Part shown: positions 23,939 to 37,175 of the stretch, piece after piece
Layout: every line of letters starts with the position of its first letter
Numbering within the stretch: position 1 is the stretch's first letter
Assembly: GCA_965603825.1 (NCBI GenBank)
Contig: CBFDEM010000045.1
Span: 124,001 to 188,000 of the forward strand
Source: Blepharisma stoltei ATCC 30299
Lineage: Eukaryota; Protista; Ciliophora
Direction: 5' to 3'
DNA length: 64,000 bases
Notes under the pieces: model-generated
Seen by the model: the letters and a program-made list of their open reading frames with translations, nothing else
The model's database searches: none
Told to the model about the DNA's origin: nothing
Made by a program: the position numbers and the translations under genes

Positions 23939-24819
23939 TATTATTTAAAGAGATTATTAGATTCTGTTAGTCGGCTTCTTTGGCAATTTATTCTGAGTTA
24001 TTTATTTACTAATAATATCATATGCGCTAATTTATAAATCTTTTGAAAATCTTTATATTATTAACTCCTAATCATAAGAGATATTGTTATGATAAAGTTA
24101 CCAAAAGTGAGCTAAAGAACTAATTGATTCGTAATAGCAGCTATATTTATATATTTAACAAAAATGCATAGGATTTATACATAAAAAAATAAAAAGAAAT
24201 TAATGGATTTATTATCCGATTAATATAATTATTCTGCTACAATCTTTATATCTGAGATCTCTTATTTATCTATTATATAGGCTATATGTTCCGATGACTC
24301 TTGCTAAATTAATTAAAAGTCAATGATTTCAGGCCAAACTTTTATTCTGCTGGAGTAAAAATATCTATTAAATTTCGAAAATGCCCAATAACCGCTTAGA
24401 GTTCAGTATCATTAAAAATACTTATTTAGAATTTCTGTAAGGTTTAAATACAAGGTTTATTAGTAATTCTCAAAAATTAACCAGCGAATATGGATGGTCC
24501 AACTTATGTGTATCGACGTTTTAACCAGAAATATGAAGAAATGATTAGTCAAGTTTTAGATCAAGCAAATTCATAATTTTGAAGTCAAGGCCTACTTTTC
24601 TTAATTAATTTCTCATGTTGAAAATAATTATTATTATAAAATTATTTTGCTATAAACCCAAATTCTAAAAAAAATCGTTTCAGCTATAACCCATTATTTT
24701 TCTTAGTTCTCTTCTATCAAATTAGCCACTATAATTTGGGCTTTCTTGTCCTTCTTTTATCCATATTTATTGTCCATTTTCAAAGATCAGTGAAGTCGCT
24801 CAAGCTATAAACCTCAAAT

Positions 24820-25299
24820 ATGAAAGACATGATTTTTAAATGTTCCGCAGAAGGCTGTCCTAGAACCTATACAAATAAATTCAACCTTAAACGCCATATG
24901 GAAGCTTTTCATAGCGAAGACAAGAAATACCAATGCAAGTATTGCTTCAAGCTTCTTTCCTCTAAACAAAATTTAAGGGAGCACACCTTTACCCACTCGG
25001 GTGAAAAACCTTATTGCTGTAAGGAGCCAGGGTGTGGTGTTAGCTTTAGGCAAGGAAGCCAGTTATCAGCTCATAAGAGAATTCATTTAGCAATTAAAAC
25101 TTTTTCATCTGGGCCACAAGAAAATAGTGCAACCGAAGGATCTTATATAAAATTATCAGATTTTTTAAGAACAAATCCGACGATTTTAGAAGAGAAGATG
25201 GCAGTTTTAGATCAAAAGTTTAAGAATATTGATATCAAGCTTCCCCCAATTTCATTATCTCAAGAGTTTGATCGCTTACCAACTTATATACTTTATTAA
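24820..25299 (+). CDS. C2H2 zinc-finger protein (3 fingers)
   Basis: Three CxxC/Cx4C...HxxxH fingers with an SGEKPY linker. Confidence 0.9.
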   Translation: MKDMIFKCSAEGCPRTYTNKFNLKRHMEAFHSEDKKYQCKYCFKLLSSKQNLREHTFTHSGEKPYCCKEPGCGVSFRQGSQLSAHKRIHLAIKTFSSGPQENSATEGSYIKLSDFLRTNPTILEEKMAVLDQKFKNIDIKLPPISLSQEFDRLPTYILY

Positions 25300-26010
25300 A
25301 ATTATTGTATAAATTAACGAAATTACTGATAATTAATTAAAATTTAAGTTGAGTGGATAATAGATACTTTAACTTATAATAATCTCAAGAGTCATTCATA
25401 AGTCTGAAAGCTATATTTAGCCAGTAAGGAATAAAGGTAATAATATCACTTTATTTATAGTTAAAAGTTTACAAAATGGCAATTATGTGAGATGATTATT
25501 TAAAATGGCAAAAAAAAGAATTAAATTTTATCAAAAATTAAATTGAAAAAGTTTCATAATTGATTTTTATTAATATAGAAAGATTGGAAACATTAGAAAG
25601 TTTGATTATTTAGTTTCAAATCTCAAGTCTTAGATATATCTTTAATGTACTCAAAGAACTAAATATAGCCTTCTGCTTTCTTTATAAACAAATAATTATC
25701 AATCTAAAATTGATAGATAATTATTTTAACAAACTTAATAAAATCTTCAAATTCATTTTTTACTAAAGCAGTTAATATTCTACTAGAATGTAGAGTTGAA
25801 ATTTTCGTCTTAAAAAGGCTGGAATAGGATATAAATACCTTAGATATTATACAAATTTATCAATCATTTTATTATATATTAGTAAAAAGCTTGAAAATAG
25901 AGACCAATACTAATAAGCTTATAATATAACATTTTAAGTACTTTAATTAAGCAAATAGATTTAATCTAGCATTTCGAATTAGTCAAGTATTATTAAGATA
26001 TTCACAAAAA

Positions 26011-26568
26011 TTAACGTATTACTTCAATATTTCCTTTTTCGTCATACTTATTAGCTGAAAAAGACTCAATATTTATGAATTTAGTTTCCTTTGGTGATGA
26101 TACCATAGAAAAAAGAGTCTCTTTTTGCATCGATGTCCTAGACTTAGAAGTAGACTTGATCGGTGTTAATAAAGGACTTCTCTTTTCTCTCTGCATCAGC
26201 TCGTTATGAATTTTCTTACGAATTAAAAATTTTTTAGATAAAATTGAGTTGGTCGAGTTACATAGTTGACTTCCTTTAATTTTCAAATTTATAGGGGAAT
26301 CGCGAAAAATATCATTATTGTCGTAGGCATTTGAGCTGATACCTTTAATAGTTCGAAATGATTTTACGGTCATATTTTGTGTACGTCTTGGCTCAGGAGT
26401 TTTTTGGAGTAGTTTGGTTACGGAATTAGCGAAACTTATATGATAAATTTCTTTTCAATTTTTGTCAGAAGGTTTGATTTTAGGTAGCTTGGTTTCTTTG
26501 AAAATCTGCCTTAATGATTTATTTGTTGGTGAAAAAGTTTGTCCTAAGCTGTTGCGACCTAAATTCAT
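26011..26568 (-). CDS. Hypothetical protein
   Basis: ORF extends upstream through one TGA to ATG 26568. Confidence 0.55.
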
Positions 26569-26871
26569 TAATTATGGATTAATGATCTTAAAACTTGTAA
26601 CTTTTTCGAAGCCGGATGAAATCTGAATTTATCTATACGTTTATTATGATAATCTTTAATTAAATTTAGTCTTAAATTAAAAGGAATTTGATTCTCTAGA
26701 TATTTAAAAGCTTATCTGCAAAAATTAATCCTATAAATATTATAAAACTCTAATACTTTAGATTAATACGAATAACAGAGACTGTTTATGCTTTATAAAT
26801 AGTTTTGCATCATATAAAGCTTAAATATAAATAAAATTTAATGATAAAATTGTAAGTCCTGAATCCTATAA

Positions 26872-27777
26872 ATGTCTGGGTCATTTTTATCAGATTTTTT
26901 AGTAGGAAGCATAAGTGCTAGTATTGGAAAAACTGCTGTAGCACCATTAGAAAGAGTTAAGCTATTATTACAATTACAGCATGCAAGTACTCAAATGGAC
27001 CCAGACAAACATTATAAAGGAATTACAGATTGTTTTAAAAGGGTTTACCATGAACAAGGATTTTTATCATTTTGACGTGGAAATCTTGCTAATGTTCTGA
27101 GGTATTTCCCTACCCAAGCATTTAATTTTGCAATTAAAGACTTTTTGAATAAACACTTTAACAAATATAGCAAAAAAGAAAATTTTAGGAAATTTATGTT
27201 CGCTAATATATTGTCTGGAGGGCTTGCTGGGACTGCTTCATTGCTTGTAGGATATCCATTAGACTTCATCCGCACAAGACTTGCGGTAGATATAGGGAAA
27301 ATCTCACAGGAAAGAGAGTTCAAAAGCTTAACAGACTGTGCATTAAAGATAATAAAACATGATGGAATCCTTGGGCTTTATAAAGGAACATTAATTTCTA
27401 TTCCTATATTTTTTATTTATAGAGGTTTATATTTTGGGTTATATGATACTTATAAAGATTCTATCCCAGAAGGGCGTTTTGATGTTTTAATTAAATTTGC
27501 ATTGGCTCAATCAGTAACTATATTCGCTGGACTTTTTGTATACCCATTAGATACTGTGAGAAGAAGATTAATGATGCAAGCTGGAAGGAAAGATGTTATT
27601 TATCAAAATACATTGGATTGCGTTAAAAAGATCTATGCTAATGAAGGTGGGAGTAAAGCATTTTTTAAAGGAGCTTTAGCAAACTTAATAAGAAGTGCTG
27701 GAGGAGCATTAATTTTGGTATTTTATGATTCAATTAATGAGACACTGTTTGGAGTTAAGAAACATAATAAACATTAA
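26872..27777 (+). CDS. AAC: Mitochondrial ADP/ATP carrier
   Basis: [13 protein letters not shown](W)[28 protein letters not shown] and RRRLMMQ; TGA sits at the conserved Trp. Confidence 0.95.
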
Positions 27778-27993
27778 GGATAATTTTATTTATAAGATTT
27801 TATCACTTTTAATCAGCAAAAATTAAGAATGTATATTTACAAGAGATTTCACTTGCAATTTTGAGAGTGTTAATTATTTATTTTATACAAGTAATGACCT
27901 TAAAAATAATTTTTGCAAAATCTTCTGTTAAAATATTTGTTTCTGTCAGAGTTACAGATTGATAATATCTGATATGTAATATCTAAAAGAAAA

Positions 27994-28613
27994 ATGACAG
28001 ATAAATCTCTGTCTAATTTTGCAGTCACTGCAACTGTGTCTGCTCTATCAAAGAACCTAACGGAAGCCCCTTTAGACAGAGTAAAGCTACTTCTTCAGCT
28101 ACAGCCTGACATTTCTCAGTTATATCCAAACAATAAATATAAAGGAATTTTTGATTGTACTATAAGAGTATATAAAGGCATGAATGATTGTGCTTATAAA
28201 ATATGAAAAGCTGATGGAATTAGAGGATTTTTTAGAGGAGTTTGATTATCATTTCCTGGAGTTTTTATATATAGAGGAATGTATTTTGGATTATTCAATA
28301 CTCTTAAAAATTCTGTGGATTCTAATAATTTTTTTGCTATTTTTTTATTAGCTCAATCCATTACGACATTCTCTGGTTTAACAGTTTATCCAATTGATAC
28401 AGTTAGGAGAAGAATGATAATGCAGACAGGAAAATTCCCTCGCACTGATCCTCGACTCCAAGAAGAATTTAAAAATCATTTGATTGTGCATATAAAATGC
28501 TTAGAAAAGAAGATTTTAAATCATTTTATGGAGGATTTTGACTTAATTTCGTTAGATCTTTCAGTGGAGCCTTATTATTAGTTGGATATGATTTAATGGG
28601 AAAGCATCGTTAA
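27994..28613 (+). pseudogene. Degenerate ADP/ATP carrier duplicate
   Basis: Lacks roughly one carrier repeat (jump near 28170) and has a frameshift near 28475. Confidence 0.8.
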
Positions 28614-28802
28614 TAATATGCATAAAGATCTTTATTAAACATTCCAAAATAACTGTATCTATAGTTATTTTAGTATTGATAAACTGCTTCTTAATAAATT
28701 TTTTGTAGTAATTGATGCTTTTCTTTTAATTTCAAAGCTTACTTTATGTGAAAACTTAAAGCAAATCCAAAAAACATTAAATTATAAAAATTGTCTCGAA
28801 AA

Positions 28803-29048
28803 ATGAAAAAATTTGCTTATTACCTAAGTGTTAGCTTAGCATCTTATCCTTTTAATACAATCAGGAGAAGGATGATCATACAGTCAGGAAAAGAAGATAA
28901 ATTTAAGGCTTCATTTGATTGTGCTTGCAAAATGCTTAGAAAAGAGGGCTTTAAATCTTTTTATGGGGGGTTTTGACTCACTTGGCTTAGATTATTAAGT
29001 GATTCCTTATTATTAGTAGTCTTTCACATCGCTGCTTTTGAGGGTTAG
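28803..29048 (+). pseudogene. 3' fragment of an ADP/ATP carrier duplicate
   Basis: Only YPFNTIRRRMIIQSG...FDCACKMLRKEG remains; it most resembles the 27994 copy. Confidence 0.75.
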
Positions 29049-29106
29049 GAAAAGAATCATTTATTAGTTTAATTTATTTAAATTTCACAAAATAAGCAAA
29101 ATCTAA

Positions 29107-30291
29107 TTATTTTAATATTGATAAAACTACCTCTTCAACAATCGTTTTGCATGTTATTTGATGTTTTTTCATTTTAATCTCCTCATTAACCTGATGCAAA
29201 AGCCCAAACAAAAATCCAAAAATCATTAAATTTGTAAAAATCGTCTGGAAAAACAAAAAATTTGCATTTCCACCTACTCGTTCAGTCCACATTCCCCACA
29301 TTGCAATAGACAAAATAACTCCAATAACCCCAGCTGTGACTGTAAAGAACCCTGATTTGACTCTCATTATAAGCTCTCCATGAGTGCTTATCAATATAAA
29401 AGGAATCATAAAATCTTCCATTGTAGGATGTGGATGTGAGACTACACAAATTAAATAAAGAATGCAGAAATAAAGATTTGAAGTGTTTTTATACATGCTA
29501 TATTTGCTGTATTTATGGAGTAAACAGTGTAAAGGATAAATATAAAGCCAAGGATGTATAGCTAATATAACCCTATATAAGAACTGATAACGCTTGAACA
29601 TTTCTAGTATTAAATATCATGCCATTCCTATATTAGGCTTAATATCATAATTCAATAATTGTGCTATTTGGCATGACCACAGCCAATCCCAAGTCTCCCC
29701 AAATAATGCATAGCTAGCTGAAAACAGAGAAAAAGTCATCAAAAATGCCAAAATATATATTCTCTTCGTAAAATGATTAAAATACCATAAACTTGATATA
29801 GAGAGCATGCATGGGTCTAAATAGCTTAAAAAGCTTATAGCAAACACTGCACGCAGCCTTCTTCTTTCAAGGGTAAAATACCCAAAAGTCAAAATTGCGA
29901 GATGAATAAAAGAAGAAAGTGACATAGATGAGGTCGAAATAATTGAGATAGGGTTCACTAAATATATGGAAAATGCAAGTTTACTCTATATAAAAATAAC
30001 CTTTGTTATGAGGTAGATATAGATAGAGTTTAGGAGATCTGCTGATAAAATTAAGCCAAAAATTATGTGTTGGGAAGGCATTAGGCTAAAAAGTCATAGG
30101 ATAAGTGGAGGAGTGTGGACAGGGGAGTCGGAATAGTAGGGAGATAAGCCAAGAGATAAATAAGATAATCCTTCTAAAGCATTTTTGTAGTCTGTATAAG
30201 GAGATGAGATATGAGGAATTGGTTGAATAGGAAACCAGTGATACATGATGATTCTTAGTAAGATTCCTATTGATGCAATCTTGTAAAGCAT
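29107..30291 (-). CDS. PIGU: GPI transamidase subunit PIG-U
   Basis: ISSPYTDYK..EG...SPY...HTPPL, NPISI, PNIGMA(W)Y..EMF and GNANF. Two TGA codons and an intron at 29986-30000. Confidence 0.85.
29986..30000 (-). other. 15-nt intron (PIG-U), GTT donor
   Basis: GTTATTTTTATATAG with in-frame TAG. Confidence 0.85.
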
Positions 30292-30653
30292 ATCCCTGTT
30301 GTGTATTAATTATATATTCATAGCATAACAAGAAAATATTAAATCTCATAAATACGACTTTAAGGTATTTAGCTCCTCTTTTACTTTGCATAATTGCAAT
30401 CAATAAGCTTTTTGCTTGCTTTAAGTTAATTTAATTAGCTTATAATTTTTATATCTATACAAATGCCAAAGCTTTGAAAGACAAACTAATTTTATTTGAA
30501 TTAAAAATAGTTAGATTAAGTTATCTTGGTAGAGAGAATTCTCTAAATAATGATTGCAAACTGCACGTGATTGATTTTAGCATTTATTTACTATATTTTC
30601 AAACTAAAAATATGCATTCATTTCATTATCTATTAAATTTATTTGAAAATCAT

Positions 30654-32654
30654 ATGGCAGCTCCTGATTCAATCACAATTTCTTATACAAAACCTAAATC
30701 TTCTCCAAAAGATTTATTCGCAATAATCTCAAAAGGAAAAATCTCTACTCTTTACCAATCTGTCCTACAAATGGCGCCTAATGAACTTTCATACCAGCTT
30801 TCACGCCAAGATAATGAAGGAAAAACATTACTTCACTATGCTTGCTACGTTGATCTTGAACTTATTTCTTTATATTTGATCTCTCTAGGCTCAAACCTAT
30901 ACGCATTTGATAGAAACGGTCAAAGCTGCTTCCACGCATTAGCTTACAAAGGCAATTACAAAACTTTGAATACAATTTTAAACTATGAATTGCATAAATT
31001 AAGAAAAACGCTTTACGATAACATGAACATGATGAAGCTAGGCTTTGGCATGACCAATATAAATCTTACAAATACAGCAGCCTGGATTCTAACTTCCAGC
31101 ATTGATGCAGACATCAAAATTAAAGCCAAAAAACTTGAATATTCTGAAGAACTCGTAAGAAAGCTCCGTGACTATTTTTCAAAAGTCGTCCAACTATACC
31201 GTTCAGCTCTTGGACAAGTCGATTCAAAGCGGCGAAACCCTCTGCATTATGCTGCCTTATCAAAATTCACCTGGTGCTTCAAAGCTGCTGAAAGCCTTTT
31301 AACCCCTCATAAAGTTGACAATTTCAATGAATTTTTAGAACATTTTGACAATTTAGAGAAGCTTCGTAAATCCACCAAAAAAATTGACCCGAAAAAATAT
31401 ATTGATATTTTAGATGAAATAAAAAGCATTATTGGGGAAGAAGAATATAGGACTTATTATAAAGAATTTAAGGCAGCTTTAAAGACAGTTATTAATGGAG
31501 CAATAAATACAAAAGATCGCAATGGGCATACTCCTTTGCATATTGCAGCGTTTTCAGGGTGTTATCAAATAGTGAAAAAATTGGTTGACTTAAAAGCTGA
31601 TAAGAAGTGCGAGGATTCTAGAGCTTTAACACCTTTGCAGTTGGCAAGTACAAAGCTGGTAATGAAATATCTTTCATTGCCAGAAGATATGGCTGCTGCT
31701 GGGGATACTAAAGGTTTTGAACATTTAATAAATTCAGGCTATGATGTCAATATATCAAAAAATGAATTTTTATTAGGAAGCATGCATCAAGCCATTATAG
31801 AAGGCGGAATATTGCCTACAGTCATAACAAACCAAGGCGATTCTGATTTAGTTGAATGGAATTTATACACGCCTCTACATTATGCTTCAATGCTAGGAAA
31901 ACTTGAAGACGCATTACAACTAATCAAGCAAGGCGCTGATGTCAACGCACTGTCTCAATATGAGCTCACCCCTTTGCATTTAGCAGCAAAAAATAATAAA
32001 GCGAATATGATAAAACCGCTTATTGAAAATGGGGCGATTAAAGATGCAAGAGACCATAAAGATACAACACCTTTTATGCTAGCTGCTAAATATGGAGCTT
32101 TAAATAGCTTAAAAGCACTGCTAGAAAATGGTGCAAATCCTTATGAAGTTGATGATAGAAAGTGGACAGCATTGCATTATGCGAGTTTTCATAATAAATC
32201 AAAGATTGTGGAAGAGCTTATTAGATGGGATAGCGATTATAATAAGTTATATCTAATGAAAAATTCCCAAGGAAAAACTCCTATAGCGCTTACTTCGAAG
32301 CCAAAAACTAAAGAAGCATTTGATACTTTATGGATGGCTGCTATAAAAGGAGACTTAGATTTAGCAAGAAGACTTGTTAGAAAAGGTCATGACATCAATG
32401 GAAGAACATTATTCGAAAGAGTCACACCACTTATGAACGTAATAAACATTTAGGCTGCAAAAAACTCACAAGTACTTATGGTGAAATTTTTATTAGATAA
32501 TGGAGCTAAAGTAGAAGTTGTTGATAGGTATAGACACACTGCATTAGATTATGCAAGAGAAGTAGGGCACCCACAAATAATTGCTATGATTGAAGGAAAA
32601 GCGGAAAGACGTGAATCACCTAAAAGATTAAATATCCAAAATTCTTCTTTTTAA
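30654..32654 (+). CDS. Ankyrin-repeat protein
   Basis: Many TPLH-type repeats. The intron at 32439-32453 completes the last repeats (TPLMN-AAKN...TALDYA). Start could be 30612. Confidence 0.88.
32439..32453 (+). other. 15-nt intron (ankyrin gene)
   Basis: GTAATAAACATTTAG with in-frame TAG. Confidence 0.9.
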
Positions 32655-32725
32655 ACTAATAGCAAAATTTTATATTTGATATAAATAAGAGCAATTATTA
32701 TACAAATAATAAACAAAATATTCAT

Positions 32726-33394
32726 TTACATTTGAGAAATATCATAAGATGCATTATAGTTCATGCTAGAAGAAGCTTCAGATCGTATCCTTTCAACTAA
32801 ATTAATAGACTTTTCGCTTAAATTGCTTGAAAAACTTCGATGATGCATACTTGGGGTTTCTAAAGTAGAAAAATGCATAAGACTTGGTGTCCTTAAATGA
32901 GATCTCATTTCAACAAAATCGCTCGTTTTATAAAGAGATTGGTCATTTTTTTTGTCGGCGAGCTCAGCCAAGCTCATTTCTATATGGATAGGTTCTAGAT
33001 TTGTCGGAGATCTAGGCTTTTTTCTTCCTATAAATGTGATATCATTATTAATAGGCAAAGTTTTATAGTTCTGTTCTCTTCTAGAATTTTTTCTTCTATA
33101 TCGTTCTTTAATAATTTCTTTTTCAATTCAATTCAATTTCCCTCCTAATTCAAAGCTAAAACCTGACTCTTTAAAGCCATTTCCGTTAGCTTCATCTAGT
33201 AAAAACCCTTTAAAATCTCTTTCAATTGGAGAAACACCTCCAGAAGAGTGGTCGAATTCTGTTATTTCTTCTTTAATTGTTGATTCAAAACTTTGTTGCT
33301 GGCATTCTTTATCATGGCTTATCTCGCTCTTTTTTTCATCATTTGCTTTTTTATCACAATTACAAAGAATTGTTTTTGTGAATGATGATCCCAT
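32726..33394 (-). CDS. Hypothetical protein with MG...CxC (likely acylated) N-terminus
   Basis: Two ORFs join via the TGA at 33128. Confidence 0.65.
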
Positions 33395-33433
33395 CTTAAA
33401 ATTAATAGAGAGATTTTAAAAGTAAGGCTTAAT

Positions 33434-33799
33434 CTAAGGATAAAAATTAGGGAACTTATAGGCAGGGTCTTTATCGTAATTTTTCCTAGGTGCGAATGGC
33501 TGTCTTGAATTGAAGGCGTAATCTTGAGATTTAATATCAGATTTAACTAGAGTTACCATAAGATCTGTTCCTTTAAAAGATCTGGTTTGGATTAGCTCAG
33601 AAGCTTTAATGTTATCATCTTCATGTCGATATGTTATATAAGCAAATCCTCGTATGAATTTATCATCTCTTGTAGGGACTTCTAATGAGGCAATCTCTCC
33701 AAAGTTTTTGGCAAATTCTTCGATTTCTTGTACTGTGGCTGTTTTGGGGATATTTCTTACAAAGAGACGAGAAAATGATCTTTGTATGGAGAGAAGCAT
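33434..33799 (-). CDS. Single-RRM RNA-binding protein, possibly mitochondrial
   Basis: RNP2 LFVRNI, RNP1 RGFAYITY and a presequence-like MLLSIQRSFS. Confidence 0.85.
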   Translation of the reverse strand: MLLSIQRSFSRLFVRNIPKTATVQEIEEFAKNFGEIASLEVPTRDDKFIRGFAYITYRHEDDNIKASELIQTRSFKGTDLMVTLVKSDIKSQDYAFNSRQPFAPRKNYDKDPAYKFPNFYP

Positions 33800-34121
33800 A
33801 TTTATTATTAATTTTCTTTATGATGCTTAATTGCTCAAAAAAGAAGGGACTGCTATTGATATAGAAATTTAAAGGGAATAAGGCTAATTTCATTTAAATC
33901 AATAATCTGACAAAAATAAATTTTGATAAAAATAAATCTTAGAATTATCAAAAATTTTATATCAATTTTTTAGCATTAATGAATTATTATTTCAGCAAAC
34001 TCTAATTGTAGAAATGTTTCCACTAAACTATCAGAATATATAAATTTCTCGGTTCACTATCCTCCAGTTTTTTTAATCTAATACTCCAATATGCAAATTT
34101 CGTTTTATAGCAGCCTATATA

Positions 34122-36056
34122 ATGAATAAATATTCTGATCTATACCAAAGGCCTTTTACTTCATCAGTTCCAAAAAACCTTTATGGGTCTCCAAAATCAT
34201 TTTCTACTAACAGACCAATTACTACAGGATTCCAAAGTACAGTTGAAGCGTTATCAAATGAAAAAATGTTCTCACCTTTCACAAGTACCTGAGAAACTTT
34301 TTACTCCCCATTATCAACCTATGTAGATACCCAACAAAGTGCCAAATCAATTGATGACTCTCAGTATCAAATTTCTGTAAATTTTCCTGAACGACCAAAT
34401 ACTTCTTCAATTAGTGGATTGACATTATTAGAAAACGAAAGAGCTATAAACAACTCTAAAACACTACTTACTACTAAAGAAAGGGTATCATTTCCCAATA
34501 TTTTTAGCAACACTCAACAATTTCCTGCAGAAAAAGACTTCAATAGAATTTTAAATAAAATCGAAATGATTGTGTCTAATAAATATCTCGGACACCGGGG
34601 AGCGACTATTAAAGAAGGCGAACCAATAGAAATAATGTCGGAGCAGTCTTCATTTAGCTACTTAAAAGTTTATACCAAAGGCAAAAGGTGTCCTATGAGA
34701 GTCCATTTTAAAAAAAGCAAAGGAAAATTGCTTACTTATATATCAAGGCACAACCCTGAGCCAAGTGAAAGCTTGCATGATGAAGTCTTTAAAACTGACT
34801 CTTTCGAAGTAGCAGACCCCGGCTTGAAGTTCAAAAACGACTATATTCATTTTGGCATCCAAGCCCTAGAGGACTCCACATTTGTTATATCAGTATATTT
34901 TGGGAGGCTAAAAATCGATTTAAATAAAAAAAGAAAAACTGAAAGGCAGGAAACTTCAATTGAGCTGGAAAATTTGAGGAAAAATGAAATGCTGCAGTAT
35001 GAGCTTTTTAAGAAAGTTGATGATACAATAGCGAAAAGAAAATCTGAGCAGCTTAAAAATTCAAATAATAAAGACTTTTTAAAGATGAATATGAATATTT
35101 TGCCGATAAATTCACCCAAAAGGATGAAAGAAAAGACTGTTTCGTTGAAAAATATTGAACTGAGAAGAAAATCGGCTAAAATTAAACATAAATTGTGGCT
35201 ACAAGAAAAAAAGCAAAGGGCGATTAATGTAGTTAATAAAAAATTGCTTAGGGCTGAAGAAGAAAAACAAGAAAGGTTAAGAAAAGAGCAGCTAATTTTG
35301 CTACAAAATGAGCAAAAAGAATGGTTTATTGTGATAAATATAGCTTTAGCTTTTGTTTCAATAAGAGAAAAATGGCAAGCAAAAAGAAAAGAAAAACTCG
35401 AGACTTTTAAAAATAGCATCTCAGCAAGAAAATTCCAAATATTCTTCAGAGCTCGAAACCATAATAAAACCATTTCAGAGTTTGTCTTATTACGAGCTAA
35501 GGATACTCTTAATTTTTATTTTCGCCATGCAAAACCAATTGAACGTCGGAGCTACAGACGTCAAATATCTAAATGTATACATGAAAGTGCAAGAAACCAC
35601 ACTTTGCCTCATCATTTTTCCGCTTTTACAGAAAGCATTTTTAATGTTCAAAAAGTCTGACGAGAGTATAATGAAAAAAATAAGAAAAGATGGGAAGAGC
35701 TAAATTTATTATGGAATCAAGAATTAGAGAAAAAAATTTTAGAATTAAATAAAGCAAAACCTACTAAAGGGAAAAAGAAAAAAGATGAGTCTGCTAAATA
35801 TCTTAAAATTCCTGCAATAGCCAGAAATCATGTGCTAACTGAATATTTCCGTGACCGTAAAAGAAACTTTAGAGTCGAAATCCGGAAATTTATTGATAAG
35901 AAAAAGATGCAAAAAGTGCTAAAACAATTCTCAAAATTTTCCCAAAGTGATCTTGATACAAACAAAGCAGAATTAATCTTCAAATATCTCCCAAGTGAAG
36001 AAGATATGTTGCAGCTTATCGAAAAGGCTCTACATATTACGAATATTACTATTTAA
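34122..36056 (+). CDS. Hypothetical coiled-coil protein with IQ-like motifs
   Basis: Continuous frame through two TGA codons; VQKV(W)REY and FQIFFRA. Confidence 0.7.
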
Positions 36057-36087
36057 TTACTGATTTAATAGATTTTACTTCGATTTA

Positions 36088-36876
36088 TTAGTTAATCTGA
36101 CACCTGAATTTTTTTCTGCTTGAGAAAACATCTCTCGGAAATCTTTGCTTTTTTTTCTGTTCTGTCCAGCTTTCTCCTAGTCTAAACGTAATTAAATCTA
36201 CCTTTTTATTTCCGCCTTCATCAATGCTATTTCCATCAAAATATGAATTTTCGTTATAGCTTTTAGCTATAACAGGATATTTATTATGAATCCTGTCCAT
36301 ATTTTCAACGTCTGAGTTTCTCGAGAAATTATCAATATTGAATTTCTGTATCAAGTCTTCGTGACTCTGCAATTTTTTTTTTAGTTCTTGTTGCTCTTCT
36401 ATAAGCTTATTGAAAAGCTTGTTCAGGTGAGCATAGTCTTTATTTTTGGCTTCATAGTCAGCACTGCTTGAATATTTTCTTTTTTTTTCTTTTCTTGATT
36501 CAAGCATTTTTTGGTGACTTGAATTACGATTATTTAAATCTGGGGTTCGTGAATGCAAAACCCTAAAGTCGTGGGGAAATTTTTTTCTTGATTGGCCAGA
36601 GTCAAAACTTTGTTGGCTAAGGTCTTTATTGGGAAATTCACCAGTTTTTTCAAGAAATGAAGGATCAGTTGACAGAGAAAATAAGGGCTCTTGAGCTTGA
36701 ATAGATTGAGCTGATTTTATTGATCGTTTGGAGCCAAAGGTAGAAGGGAATTCGTTTTTTACTTGATTTTTCAATAAAATAGAAGCAGGTTTGGATCTTG
36801 ACACAGCGTGAGATTTTAGATCTGAAGAGGGCTGAGAATTCGCACGGGAGTGACGAGGTTTGTAAGTGAATAGCAT
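36088..36876 (-). CDS. Hypothetical protein
   Basis: 262-aa ORF. Confidence 0.65.
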   Translation of the reverse strand: MLFTYKPRHSRANSQPSSDLKSHAVSRSKPASILLKNQVKNEFPSTFGSKRSIKSAQSIQAQEPLFSLSTDPSFLEKTGEFPNKDLSQQSFDSGQSRKKFPHDFRVLHSRTPDLNNRNSSHQKMLESRKEKKRKYSSSADYEAKNKDYAHLNKLFNKLIEEQQELKKKLQSHEDLIQKFNIDNFSRNSDVENMDRIHNKYPVIAKSYNENSYFDGNSIDEGGNKKVDLITFRLGESWTEQKKKQRFPRDVFSSRKKFRCQIN

Positions 36877-37175
36877 AATTAATAATGGAGTTAAATGAAT
36901 GTAGGATGCAAATGATTAGAAATTTAAATTAAATAGTAGGACTGCTTTGTTAAGTTAATTGATAATGAATATTCTGGAATTTATAGACTTTGTCTAATAA
37001 ATATGAACTAATTTTAATAAACAAGAGCTATAGGTTTATAATCATTTTAATTTTAATAAATTTTGAAACTAATTAAAAATTATTTATAAATTCAATATTA
37101 GCTTTATTAGGCAATATATATTAACTATACAAATATTTTTTGAAAATAAATTATAAAAGAGTGTTTTTATTAAAA

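Noticed and set aside
25691-25725. Imperfect AT-rich inverted repeat
   Set aside because: Expected by chance at this AT content; no supporting context.
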